Assembly (NCBI GenBank): GCA_019828565.1
Contig: JAHDYR010000006.1
Coordinates: 310,001-374,000, forward strand
DNA: 64,000 nt
Origin: Carpediemonas membranifera BICM
Lineage: Eukaryota > Protista > Fornicata
Direction: 5' to 3'
Of this stretch, positions 1 to 11,300 are shown piece by piece. Position 1 is the stretch's first letter; each line of letters opens with the position of its first letter. Position numbers and translations under genes: made by a program. The notes under the pieces were generated by a model. That model saw only the letters and a program-made list of their open reading frames with translations, ran no database searches and was not told the origin of the DNA.

Positions 1-373
1 CGGCCAGGCGTTCCATTCTCCAGGCGCATCCGCTTCAATCGCCCGTAGACAGCGTATCAGCAGTCTTGTGAAGAACGGAGAGCTCCAAACCGCCGAGTTC
101 GAGGCTGTCTACAGCGAGCTGTCCAAGCAGCTCGAGGCCATGGTGGACGAGCGCCGGGCCCAGCTGGACTCTCTCACACACGACGTAGAAGTCGCATGCA
201 AGGACTTGCTGCAGTCCAGGGAGCAGAACGACGCCTTGAACACCCAGCTGACCGAGCTCGACGCCAAGCTGGGCGAGGAGAGGGCCCGGTGGAAGCAGAT
301 CGCCATGGGCGCCATGCTAGGCAGCGAGATAGAGAATGACGAGACCGCTAGCCTTTATTCTATCCGATCCTGA
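1..373 (+). CDS. 3' end of a coiled-coil protein (5'-partial)
   Basis: Open frame rich in E/Q/L/K heptads with host-like GC3 codon usage; stop at 371-373. Confidence 0.55.
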   Translation, partial: GQAFHSPGASASIARRQRISSLVKNGELQTAEFEAVYSELSKQLEAMVDERRAQLDSLTHDVEVACKDLLQSREQNDALNTQLTELDAKLGEERARWKQIAMGAMLGSEIENDETASLYSIRS

Positions 374-493
374 CGGGGTGAGTAATTGCCCAGATTGTAG
401 AACTGAGGTCAGCTCATGATCGCCGGAAACGGCGTTGTATCGCATAATATGTATTCATAAATCGTCTTGTCTCACTAATAATTCCATTTTAAC

Positions 494-1498
494 TTACTCC
501 TTGCTCTCCTTCTCGAGCTTGTTGAGGTACCGCGACCCGTCCTTCGACCGGAGCCAGAAGATCTCGAGCAGCCGGATGATCACGGGATGCCGCAGCCACA
601 TGACCTTGCTGAGGTATGGTGTGAGCATGTACGCCACGCTGATGCAGTGGATGAAGAGGACGGGAACCCACACCATGCGGAGGGCCGTGAAGAAGAGGCC
701 GCCGATCGTACCACCGACGAACCAGGCCATGAGCATGCGGCGGGGCACCCAAGCGAAGAAGGCGCGGGACAGGTGGGGGTAAACGACCCAGGAAACCTGA
801 AGATACGAGGAGAGCGTCGCCAGTGCGATGATCAGGATGTCGCCGACAAAGCCAAATCGGGACAGGATGATCGATCCAGAGCCCATGACAATCGCAGCGG
901 CAGGGGAGGGCATGCCGTCAAAGCGAAGGGCGCCGCCCGTCTGGCCCGCACGGTGCTTCTCGACGATGAAGCGGATGAGGCGGTAGAAGGTGCAGACTCC
1001 GTGCATTGTGCCCCCTATGAGGCCCATGATGCGGTTGTTCGTCGCCACGAAGATGAGAACGCCGATAGTGAATCCAAAACTCGTACCGTCGGCGACGTCG
1101 TCGAAGTACTCACCCTTGGGGGTTGACCCCCACTGCTCGGCGGCACGGCCGTCGAAGAGGTCAAAGAATTGACCGATAAAGATGAGGAGGAATACGGCCT
1201 CCTTCTGGAAGAGGAGCTCGCCGGGCTCGTACGCTGTCATGATGTAGACGCCAGCGAGACCGCACGACATGTTCATGATCGATAGACAGTTGGCATACCA
1301 ACAGTTAGGAATCAAAAATGAGAAAATTAGCGCGGAAAGGATCGTGCCGACGAAAATGATGGTGAACCGAATAATACGGTCGTCAGGAATGTTGTTTTTG
1401 CCGATATAAAAGAGCGAGATGAAGAGGCTTCCAATCATAATCAATCCAGCAATGGCTCTTACACCATCCTGTCTTGTAGCCGTTCGTTTGGGCGCCAT
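494..1498 (-). CDS. CDP-alcohol phosphatidyltransferase (phosphatidylserine synthase PssA-like)
   Basis: Motif FDLFDGRAAEQWGSTPKGEYFDDVADGTSFG matches DxxDGxxA...GxxxDxxxD; also FDGMPSPAAA and several TM helices. Start placed at MAPKR. Confidence 0.8.
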   Translation of the reverse strand: MAPKRTATRQDGVRAIAGLIMIGSLFISLFYIGKNNIPDDRIIRFTIIFVGTILSALIFSFLIPNCWYANCLSIMNMSCGLAGVYIMTAYEPGELLFQKEAVFLLIFIGQFFDLFDGRAAEQWGSTPKGEYFDDVADGTSFGFTIGVLIFVATNNRIMGLIGGTMHGVCTFYRLIRFIVEKHRAGQTGGALRFDGMPSPAAAIVMGSGSIILSRFGFVGDILIIALATLSSYLQVSWVVYPHLSRAFFAWVPRRMLMAWFVGGTIGGLFFTALRMVWVPVLFIHCISVAYMLTPYLSKVMWLRHPVIIRLLEIFWLRSKDGSRYLNKLEKESKE

Positions 1499-1694
1499 CA
1501 CCTTCGGATGCTCCCTTAAACTGCGGGTCCTAAGGCTCAACCGAATTGGCCGCCTGAAGCAGAGATGAGCGTTGTACCACATGATACATACCCGCTGGAC
1601 GTCATCTCATCATTTCTAGATTCATTTATGTGTTACATTGCTGGCATGTTTTCCTCAGGCACAACATCATCATTGCTTCTTCTCAACAGCAGCC

Positions 1695-3054
1695 ATGCAG
1701 AAGTCCTTGATCCTTGTTGTTCTTGTTTCACTTCTCGTTTCGTGCGTCGTTGCTGACGATACGCTGGAGTTGGCTCTTGTTCTCTTCCGCCACGGCGATA
1801 GAACGCCTCTCCATTACCTTCCGGATCCCTACAACATCTTCAGCAAGGCTCCTAGGCAAACCGGTCAGCTTACTACCATTGGCCAGAAGCAGCACTTCGA
1901 CCTCGGCACGAAGCTCCGCTACAAGTTCGTCGACCAGCACAGCCTGCTCAGCAGCAGCTTCAACAACTCTCAGATCCTCGTCCGTAGCACCGGCACCGAT
2001 CGTACGATTATGTCTGCGTACTCCAACCTCCTGGGCCTCTACCCCCCCGGCACCGGCAACCCCGACCTGCCCGACCAGATCCAGCCCGTCCCCATCAGAT
2101 CAGTCAGCCACACGCCCTGGGAGAACTTGCCCGACCGTCTGCTGCGTCCGTTTGACCTGGGGACGTGCCCTAGGATCACGAAGCTCCGCTCTGAGATATT
2201 TGCTTCGTCCGCCGTCAAGGCGTACGACAAAAGTCAGGCAGGCCTCTACAACACCCTCAAGACCAAGCTCGGCCTGGGTTGGACTCCCTCGCTCGAGCAC
2301 ATCGACGAGGTGTATGACCCCTTGATGGTGATGCATTTCCAGTTTGTTAGTTCATAACACCTTACCCAGCAATAACCCCATGCCCGCCGGCCTCACCGCC
2401 GCCGAGTACGAGGCTGTAGACGCCGTGCACCAGCACCTGACACACACCCAGGTGGGGGAGTACAAGTCCGAGATCTCCAAGCTCCTCGGGACAAACATCG
2501 GCCGGGAATGGACCAGCGAGATCGACGCTGTCATGGCCGGCACCCCCAACGCCACTGTGGTCTACTACTCAGCCCACGACTCCACTATCGAGTTCACACT
2601 CCGCTGGCTCGGCGTGTTCCCGGACACCCGCGTCGTGCCGTACGCCTCCCTGCTCGAGGTCGATCTCTGGAAGAACGACGACGGGGACTATTACCTGCAC
2701 TTCGCATTCAACAACGACACCCTCTCGATCCCCGGGTGCACTGGCGACAAGTGTACCGTGGCTGAGTGGAAGGCCCTGATGGACCAGATCACTGTCAAAG
2801 ACTGGGACTCAGCGTGCGGCCTCGTGCCCGCCCCCACACCCGCCCCGGTCGTGAAGACAGTCCACTCCGGCATTCCCCCGCTCGTGTTTGTCGTCGTCGT
2901 GGTCGTGATGCTCGTGGGCATGGGCGTCATGTGCGTTGCTGCCTTTAGCGCCGGTGTCGGCATGCGCGTGTGGAAGATGAAGCACGACAGCGACAAGAAG
3001 GGCGTCGAGGAGCCCCTGCTCGCTGACGTCGTCGAGAACGATACGCTCGTGTAA
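1695..3054 (+). CDS. Histidine acid phosphatase (lysosomal type) with signal peptide and C-terminal TM; intron 2342-2369
   Basis: RHGDRTP and SAHDST catalytic motifs. The 28-nt intron GTTTGT...CTTACCCAG joins ORFs 1638-2357 and 2344-3054 in frame. A dileucine-like EEPLL lies in the cytosolic tail. Confidence 0.9.
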
Positions 3055-3248
3055 AGTACAACCGTATTCTCAATATCTCTAGTGGACGGTGCTTGGGGAC
3101 ACCCGCAACATGATCGCAGAAGTCAAAGAAATACCGATGCACACCTGTCGCGCGCTCCAATTCGTGTGCTACCGATCATCGACGACTTTGCTGGCGTCCG
3201 AGCGGGTTAAGGCAAGTCGATCCGGCTGGGAAAGGAATAGTCGGCAAG

Positions 3249-5660
3249 ATGGAACGAACAACCAGCCCAGAGGTAGAAAACGTGTTTAATAACCTCAAGT
3301 TTCACAACACTGGCCGTATTATGCGCCCAGACGATAACCTCGATGTGTTTCCCGGCGTCACGCTCGCCATGCTCCACCGAGTGATCCGGTCCACCGATCA
3401 CTCCCAAAGGGAGATCGGTGCGCATGTCCTGAGCGCCATCACCCGCTATGCACGTTCCGGCGAGTTCGGTGCTCAGTCTGGGGACATCCTGCTCGCCCTC
3501 ATCGAGCGCGTCCGCTTGCCGCTCATCCTCATCACCCAACGGGAGCTCACCCTCACGTCTTCCCCCACAGTCGGCCTCATCCACAACCTCCTGTGTGCTG
3601 TGGGCGAGGTGGGCCCGTGCTTCATGCTCCCTTGCTTCCACCCCAGACGAACGGCCGGCCTCCCCATGTGGCCCTCCCTGCCCAGGTTGGCCCCCCTTTC
3701 TTTCGACCCAGAGCATCCACCCGGCGAGCTGACTTTCGGCGAGCTGGCCGACTTGTCTGACACCGACGTCCACCTCGCCCTGCTCGTCGGGGAGTCGGCC
3801 CGCGGTCCCAACGACCGTGTGCCGCCTCTCTTCCTCCGCGTGCCGTGGGACACTATTCCGGTGACTTCTGCCGAGAACGTCCTCCTGCTGCAGGCCCTGG
3901 CCCGCTGTGCCCTCCACTCGATGTTCGCGGCCCACTTCATCGCCCACTCGGACCTATTCAACGTGCTCGCAAAGATGACTGCCGCCCTAGCCGGCATATC
4001 GACTAACTCCGAGCCGTCCAACGCCGCCGCGGCCATGGGCATGGTCTGGCACGCCATCGCCGCAGCCCACCCAACCCTGGCCGACAGAATCGCGAGCTGG
4101 AGCGCCCCGGGCACTGTGACCGTGCTGGAGGCGCTGACGAGGCAGTGGGTGTGTTACTCGACCCAGTTCACGGTCAGGTCGGCCGCCCTCGTGAGGAGGC
4201 TGGCCGCGGTCTTGACGATTGTTGCGCACAGGCCTGTATCTGCTGATTGGGACCTTGCTGACGAAGATTCAATCGGATCTAAGATCTTGGTATCGTGTCT
4301 TGAGATTCTGCGGTCGGCGCCTGCAGACCCGGTCGGCTTTTCTTTCAGGGCATCTGCCCTTGATGTCCTTGCAACACCGCCATTTGCCGGAAAACTCGGC
4401 GACTTTGTCACCACCCAGATTCTCGAGTCTGTTGAGTCGCTATCGGACTTCAGGACGGCGGAATCGTTCCAGTATGCCGCCTCGGCCATCACTGTGCTCG
4501 CCCATCACGACAAGGAGGCCAGCTCTGCCGCGCAGCAGACTATGCTCGCTGCCTCCGTCGGCATGCTGGCCAAGGCACCCGTTGCGGTGCAGGACCGCAC
4601 ACCGCACGTCCTGGGGCTTCCTAGCCGGTCGATGCCGGCCTCCCTGGCCACCGACCAAGGGATGGTCGACGCCATGGCCGGTGCCTGTCTCCTGGGGACC
4701 ATCGCCGGGGCCTACCCCGAGGCCATCCGGGGTCTCGACAGCAACCCGTTCTCCCAGTTTATCTCCCCAGAGACACTAGGGCTCCACGTCCCGTGTTTCG
4801 AGGCCCTCCCTGCAGCCAGCCGCCTACTCTTCACAGCGCCCTTCGCCACCTCCCTCCAAGCCTACCTCACAGCCAGCCCCGACGCCCTCATGCGGGCCCA
4901 CCTGCTCCACTCTCTCCCCTTCGTCTCCATGCTCGACCCGACCCTGCTGCCCGACAGTCTGCCCGCCCCTATCATCGCCCAGCTCGCTGGCGGGGCCGAC
5001 CAGTGGTTCGGGCACGCAGAGGAGATGCTGATGCCGGCACGGTGGGTGGCCGGGCTCGCCAGCTTGCTTGGCAAGGACGAGGTGGTTGATTTACTCAACG
5101 GCGTTGATAAGATCTTTGAGATCCTCCCGACTGCAGCGATGAAATATGACACCCTGATCTCCCTCCTCGCCCTCGTCCTGCCCACCCTCGCCCAGACTGG
5201 CGCAGAGCTCGACGACTCGCAAATTGAAACAGTCAGCAGATCTTTAGATATGATTTTGAGTGACTCAAACCATAGTATGCGGCTCCCACTCCAGCAGCAG
5301 CTGTCGATCCACTCCCCCGCCCGGGACGTCCTCGACTCCTCTGTGTTTGATTCTTTCATGATTGTCCTGGGCCATCTCCAGGACGGGTTCGACGAGTGGG
5401 GGACTGCTGGCCGAGACCTGAAGTTCAAGCTCCTCCTGCCCGCCCTGCATGGGGCCAATGAGGACGTCAGGCTTCGGCAGGCGGCCTGGGCGGCGGTGAA
5501 GGATACACGGTCTCAGAACTTCATGCCGGCCGAGTACGACTTCATGTCCGGCTGGCGGGAGGAGTCTCTGGCTGTGCTGAACATCGCCAAGGTTGTTGCC
5601 ACCGGAAAGGGGAGTGCGGGGTGCATGGCGAAGATGGTGTTGGATCACGGGAGATCATAA
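3249..5660 (+). CDS. RPAP1/Rba50-like RNA polymerase II-associated protein (ARM-repeat)
   Basis: N-terminal GVTLAMLHRVIRSTDHSQREIGAHVL resembles RPAP1 GYSLxELxxLxRSxVxxQRxxALxxL; C-terminal FDEWGTAGRDLKFKLLLP...LR resembles the RPAP1 C-terminus. Recognised by eye only. Confidence 0.55.
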   Translation: MERTTSPEVENVFNNLKFHNTGRIMRPDDNLDVFPGVTLAMLHRVIRSTDHSQREIGAHVLSAITRYARSGEFGAQSGDILLALIERVRLPLILITQRELTLTSSPTVGLIHNLLCAVGEVGPCFMLPCFHPRRTAGLPMWPSLPRLAPLSFDPEHPPGELTFGELADLSDTDVHLALLVGESARGPNDRVPPLFLRVPWDTIPVTSAENVLLLQALARCALHSMFAAHFIAHSDLFNVLAKMTAALAGISTNSEPSNAAAAMGMVWHAIAAAHPTLADRIASWSAPGTVTVLEALTRQWVCYSTQFTVRSAALVRRLAAVLTIVAHRPVSADWDLADEDSIGSKILVSCLEILRSAPADPVGFSFRASALDVLATPPFAGKLGDFVTTQILESVESLSDFRTAESFQYAASAITVLAHHDKEASSAAQQTMLAASVGMLAKAPVAVQDRTPHVLGLPSRSMPASLATDQGMVDAMAGACLLGTIAGAYPEAIRGLDSNPFSQFISPETLGLHVPCFEALPAASRLLFTAPFATSLQAYLTASPDALMRAHLLHSLPFVSMLDPTLLPDSLPAPIIAQLAGGADQWFGHAEEMLMPARWVAGLASLLGKDEVVDLLNGVDKIFEILPTAAMKYDTLISLLALVLPTLAQTGAELDDSQIETVSRSLDMILSDSNHSMRLPLQQQLSIHSPARDVLDSSVFDSFMIVLGHLQDGFDEWGTAGRDLKFKLLLPALHGANEDVRLRQAAWAAVKDTRSQNFMPAEYDFMSGWREESLAVLNIAKVVATGKGSAGCMAKMVLDHGRS

Positions 5661-5765
5661 ATGCTAATCGGTGGTGGGCGTGGGTGTGGGTTGACGGTTT
5701 ATGTGAGGAGACGTAATCGCCATAAACAGCTCGAGACTAGAGCATCTCGGCTTAGTTTTCGCACC

Positions 5766-7481
5766 ATGGAGAACATTTCCGCTTGTTCAAGCTTAACAGA
5801 GCCGCTCGGTGCTCTCTTTTCGGCGACAGCGCACTATCTGCTGTCCCGTGGCGTTTGCCCCTACTGCGTTCTGAGGCATCTCGGCTGTAAGGTCTTCAAC
5901 TACTACAAAACTGATGCAACTGAGCTCACAAAGCTATTCAATGAGCGCATTACTGAGTGTTTCGCCGAGACTAGCCTCCCCGCGGTCACACACTCCCCCA
6001 TGCCGACGTGCCCCCTCTGCCACGGCGTCCTCCCCCTTGTGGCGACGGAGTCCTTCCGCACCGACATGGCTGCGACTATCCTCAACACAGGCTTCCAGTT
6101 CAGGGAGTACCAGCTCCTTTTCACTCTTCCCCCGATGCTACTCATGCGCCGCTTCGCCATGGCCTCGGATCTTGAGGAGTACCTCGCCGCCGTCCCAGAT
6201 CTCGACAGCGCGCTGGTGAAGGAGTATACAGACGCTGTCCGGACGGTGAGCAAGTCTTATACCGCTGGTGAGGGGCAGTTCGCGTTCATCGACGAGAAGG
6301 AGACACTCAAGTGGGCGTGTGGCGCCCATATCGGGGCCCTGGTCGGCCGCCCGTTCTCCCCTACAGCCCCGTTCCGGGTGCTGATCACAGTTACCAGTTC
6401 TGAGCGGGCCAGCATCCCCACGTTCGGGTCGGGCAAGAGAAAGCGCCGTAACCGGCAGACCATCGCCCCCGACGACCCTTGCACCGTGGTTAACAACGTT
6501 ACAGCCTTCCTCAAGCAGACCACCAAGGCCGAGCTCGACGAGATCTACCCGCGGACTCGCCTGAATGAGCCCCCGGAGGTCAAGGGCTCCTTCTCCATCG
6601 CTTGCAGCAACAGGTTCGTCGTCGGCCGCTACCGCAAGCTCGGTCGCGACGTTTCCCAGTCAGAGTGGACGCCCGAGATGAAGGGCCCGACCCAGCGAGA
6701 CATCGGGCCCAGCGTCGGCGGGCTGATCGCTGGCGCAGTCCAGGAGGCGACCGGCAGCGAGGCTACAAAGTTCCACGCGGCGGGCCGTGAGGACATCGAC
6801 GTCCGGATGCTCGGCAACGGGCGTCCTTTCCTCGTGGAGATGATCAACGCGAAGACGCCGTTCGTCGACTACTCGGCCATCCAAGATTTGATTAATTCAA
6901 AGTTTGGTGAGGCTGGCGAGCACGCTGTTGAGGCCGAGGGCATGGCGCTAAGCTCGCCTGAGGTGGAGAAGGTCGTCATCGACGGCGAGGGGAACAAGAA
7001 GAAACACTACACCGCCGTCGTCTACTGCTCAACACCCCTCGACAACGCGACAGTCGACCGCATCAACGGCCTCACCGCGGACGCTGGCATCAAGATCTCC
7101 CAGCTGACGCCGATCCGAGTGCTGCACCGCCGCTCGCTGCTCGACCGGCAGAGGGAGATCCACAACCTCCGTCTCGACCCCATAGTGGGCACGGACAAGT
7201 TCTTCCTGCTGACCTTGATCACCCAAGCCGGCACCTATGTGAAGGAGTTCGTCCACGGGGACTTTAACAGGACCATGCCCCACCTTGGGACCGTTGTGGA
7301 CCAGGTGCTGGGCCTGGAGCACAAGACGCGGTGCAGCATACTCCAACTGGACGTCAACCGGGTCGATCTGGACCTCCCGGTGCCCCCCAGCGCAGATTAT
7401 GACGCTGAGCGGTATCCGGGGCCGAAGGAGGGCCGGGGCTGGCCGCTCGCTGGGCTCGAGGCGGATATACCTTTGGAATAG
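5766..7481 (+). CDS. PUS10: tRNA pseudouridine synthase Pus10
   Basis: GRYRKLGRDVSQSEW, KFHAAGREDIDVRMLGNGRPF, QLTPIRVLHRR, TQAGTYVKEFVHGDFNRT, plus N-terminal CxxC pairs. Confidence 0.93.
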   Translation: MENISACSSLTEPLGALFSATAHYLLSRGVCPYCVLRHLGCKVFNYYKTDATELTKLFNERITECFAETSLPAVTHSPMPTCPLCHGVLPLVATESFRTDMAATILNTGFQFREYQLLFTLPPMLLMRRFAMASDLEEYLAAVPDLDSALVKEYTDAVRTVSKSYTAGEGQFAFIDEKETLKWACGAHIGALVGRPFSPTAPFRVLITVTSSERASIPTFGSGKRKRRNRQTIAPDDPCTVVNNVTAFLKQTTKAELDEIYPRTRLNEPPEVKGSFSIACSNRFVVGRYRKLGRDVSQSEWTPEMKGPTQRDIGPSVGGLIAGAVQEATGSEATKFHAAGREDIDVRMLGNGRPFLVEMINAKTPFVDYSAIQDLINSKFGEAGEHAVEAEGMALSSPEVEKVVIDGEGNKKKHYTAVVYCSTPLDNATVDRINGLTADAGIKISQLTPIRVLHRRSLLDRQREIHNLRLDPIVGTDKFFLLTLITQAGTYVKEFVHGDFNRTMPHLGTVVDQVLGLEHKTRCSILQLDVNRVDLDLPVPPSADYDAERYPGPKEGRGWPLAGLEADIPLE

Positions 7482-8304
7482 AGTAAATTTAACGGATATC
7501 GAGAGTGCAAGGCGCCATGGGAGAGCGTTACGGTCCTGGTTGACGTTGGGTTGGGTCGACAATGACAAGCACTTTTGCACAACCGATGGTGAGGGTGTTA
7601 ATCGAGGGTCAACTGCGCGAGAGCTATCAGGACAATTGGCTCCGCGGTTGCTATCACCACCGCTTATACATGGGTCGGCTGAGATCACCACAGTCGACGT
7701 CGACCTAGCGCTTGAATTATAAATATTTGAAGCACGACTGAGGCGCGACCCGTGGACAAGGGTCAGACGGAGAAGCGGATCCGGCTCTCACTCTGCCCGC
7801 ATTACATAGCAACCGTCAATTGATCAATTATCTTTTTGTGACGATTTGCTCTCCGCGGCTTTGGGCCGGACAATATGCGATCGCAGCAGAACTGCAGAAG
7901 AACGGCCTGTGACACCGAATCATCTGGCCACACCATGTGATTAACTGGTGGAATATATTGGTGTGCTAGATTAAGTATTTATGATGATGGCCAAGGGCGA
8001 GGCTCTGCTGCTGGTATTTGAGGAGCGGTGAGCTCGAATCCCTGCCAGCGCGAGAATGATGTAGCGCTACCCCGTGGACAATCATGCCGCTACATGGTGT
8101 CCGTGACAGGTTGAGTCGCCCACGGGTCGGAGCCGAGGCATCGCCCGTTTAGAATTGAGGTCTGCCGATTGCCCAAGCCGTGCCTTGGATGGATCATGGC
8201 ACATCATTTGATAAACATTTTACAAAGTACTGCTCGGCTGAATGGGCAGGGATGCGGCGTGACAGGTGGCGAGCCAGACACCAGCGTGGAGACTGTAACG
8301 TCCT

Positions 8305-11300
8305 TTATTCAACAAGCTGGAGGTCGTCCTTCGACACTTGGGCACACATGAGGGACAACAGGTAGTTCTTCTTCAAGCTCTCTTCGGGCACCATGGCGAT
8401 GAGGGCCTTCACCAGCATCTCCTGGGCGACAAAGGCAGCAAAGACGTTTTGCTTGAGCATGTGGTAGATAAGTGGAATGGCGATGAGCGCAGCCAGTGCA
8501 AAGAGCAGCGAGGAGGCTCTGAGCACAGTGTTCGTGGCTGAGTTGATCACGGTCACCGTGTTGAACATATCCCAGAGTATTGTCGTCAGGGGCAGCTCGA
8601 CCTCCCTCAGCATGGTGAACGCAGTCGACCCGACACCGCCCGGGCTGACGCAGGTGTCATCAGGGGCAAGGAGATACGCGGAGTCCACGAGGAGCTGCGA
8701 CAGCTCGTGGAATGAGACGGAGGTGGTCAGCTCGGAGCAGCTGGGGCAGGCGGGGCTGGTGTGGTCCCAGCTGAAGACCGCGGTGTAGACAACGGAGGAG
8801 CGCTCTGCCCCGCGTAGACGGGTGCCGGCCTGAGCATAGTCGTCGACGCGGGAGACGATCTGGTTATAAGCAAGGGATGCGGCTGCGGGCGAGGTGGCGA
8901 CATCAATGCCGTCCGTCTCGATTGAAAAGACAGACCTAAGCTGCGTGGCGACTAGCCCAAGCGCGTCAAACCGCTCAGTCGTGTCGGAATCAGCCAGGAC
9001 GGCTAGTAGGACGCCCGCGCCGAGCAGACAGACGAGCGCGGCCAGCAGCACGATGGCGAGCTTTAAACTGCGCCACAGTTCGTGCACATGGACGTGCTGC
9101 ATGCCCTTCAGGGCCCATGATATTTTGGGCGGCCGGATGTACCCGAATAGGAAGCCGCCGTATGCTGCAATGGTGACAGCGGTCGTGAATGCAGTAAGGG
9201 CGGTGACGGTCTGGCCCGCGCCGTCCGTGTTGGATGAAATGTCGACTTCATCAACTGCCGCGGCAAGGATGCTTGTACCTTCGGTCACAGCCTCTTCAAA
9301 CGCGGCCTTGAGCTCCGCCATCTTCTCGTCGAAGAGCAAGAGACGTGCCATCTCCATCTGAACGTCAGCGTCGAGGAGGCCGTCTGCGGTGTCGCTGCTG
9401 TACATGTGCCCAACTCTGGCAGGGTAGTGCAGGGCGTCCTCGGCGGCGTCATCCTCCGTGCTGGCGTCGTAGCTGTAGTGGGGAAGGGGCAAGCTGGTGG
9501 CCAGACCGGCGGCCTCGGTCGCCAGCTGGAAGGAGATGCGGAGGATGTGCTCAATGGAAGCTGAGGCCTTGACGGCCGCCTCGAGCCTCGCCCCTGCTCG
9601 TGCTAAGTGCTCGTCGAACTGCGACCCGCCCCGGCCCTCGAGCACGGCCACACCGGCGGCCAGACCCTCCACAGTGTCCGACCAGGCCTGCAGCTGGGCC
9701 ATGGCGTGGTAGCCGAGGGCGACGTCGGCGAACTGCGCGTATCGGGCGGCCACGAGCACGCGATGTGACATTTCCGTGATGTCGGATGTCATGCCCACGA
9801 AGAAGCCGTGCAGGTCCTCGTATGCATCGATCTGGAACTCGTCAGCCTGCCAGGACCACATCGTCTCAGTGGCGACCATCCCAGCGGATAGGGCCAGCAA
9901 CAACCCGGTTGCCAGTCCCACAACGAGCAACTTTAGCCACAGATGCTGTCGGTGAACGGGCGCCTTGGCACCAGGTTGGAATGGCAGCCCCGGGTTCGTG
10001 ATGACCCAGTCCTGAAGGACGACGATGCGGCCGTTGCTGGCGGAGAGCTTGATGTTAATCACCATCACGGTAAGTATCACGGGGGCTGCAAGCAGGGCGA
10101 TGGGGGCGACGGCGACGAAGCAGGCGGTGGTGACGCCCTCGACCATATTGCGGTGGACCTTGGCCGAGTTCACGTTGGCCTTGTTCGCGTCGATCACAGC
10201 GTCCCGGGCGGCCAGGAGACCCGTGTCGACCGCATCGACGAGGGTCAGATACGCTGGATCGACCAGAATATTCCTAGCGACTCTGAGTGAGTCGTTTGTG
10301 CTCAGCATGGCGTCGGCCCCGGCGTCGGAGTAGTAGCCGCGGCTCCTCGAGCTGTTGTACACCAGGGCCTGCAGCAGGTGGGTCGGCTCGGCAGTGTAGT
10401 TGTACGCCATCCCGGACAGGAAGCACTGGCTTGAGGTCGGCAGCGACGCCCCGGCAGCGTTGGCCGACTGGTAGAGGGAGATGGCCTCGACCCGGAGCTT
10501 GGCGTGCATGTCAGTCTCCGTCGCGGCGAGCGTGCCCACGACATCCTTGGTCATCCCCAGCTGGGTGATGTTGTCCACGAGGGCGTCGACTGCCCCGCCG
10601 TCGAGCATGGCGCGGTACTCCTCGATGAAGTGCGTCTCGAGGGCCTGGACGTACCCGATCACGGCAGTGCTCATGTTGTTTTCAGCGACGAGGAGGCTGT
10701 GGAACGCGGTGATTGCGTCCATTGAGCTCTTATAAACACTCCCGTAGCTTTCGACAAAGTGCGGCAGCAGCGCTGTTGCCCCAATCACAACCGTCGAGAG
10801 AATGGATGCGCCGAGCAGCAGGCACCCGGCGATCATCAGCAGTTGAACTGATCTGCGGCGAATCCGCATGAACCTCTGGGTCTCATTGGCGATCATCAGC
10901 TTGGCATGGTCCTGCGAGCTCTGTCTCTGCGGCACAGTCATCTGCCCGTCAACCTGTACGTTTGCGAAGGGTCGGCGGCCGGGCGAGTGGGGCTGCTCGT
11001 CGTCATCGGAGTCGGGCCCCGAGTCACGACTTGACTGTGACACCGACTGGAACGACATGTCAAGCGGGATCGACTCGTCACTGGAGTCGAACACGAGGCT
11101 GGCAGCCAGACTGACCCGAGAGCCGATAGCCGGGTTGCTCCTCATAGACGCGTCCCTCGATCTATCTGCAGGCCGGTCGGAGTTGGCGACGAGCTCATCG
11201 GCCGTGGGGATGTACCCTGCAGACCTGTGGAGGTCGGTCGACCTGGCCATCATGGCAGCGAGACCCTTGTCCATCCGCATGAAGAGGTTGAGGTTCCTCT

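Noticed and set aside
7482-8300. Possible ncRNA or tRNA in long intergenic gaps (also 48240-49400)
   Set aside because: I could not recognise a cloverleaf, snRNA or rRNA signature by eye; an Infernal/tRNAscan run would be needed.
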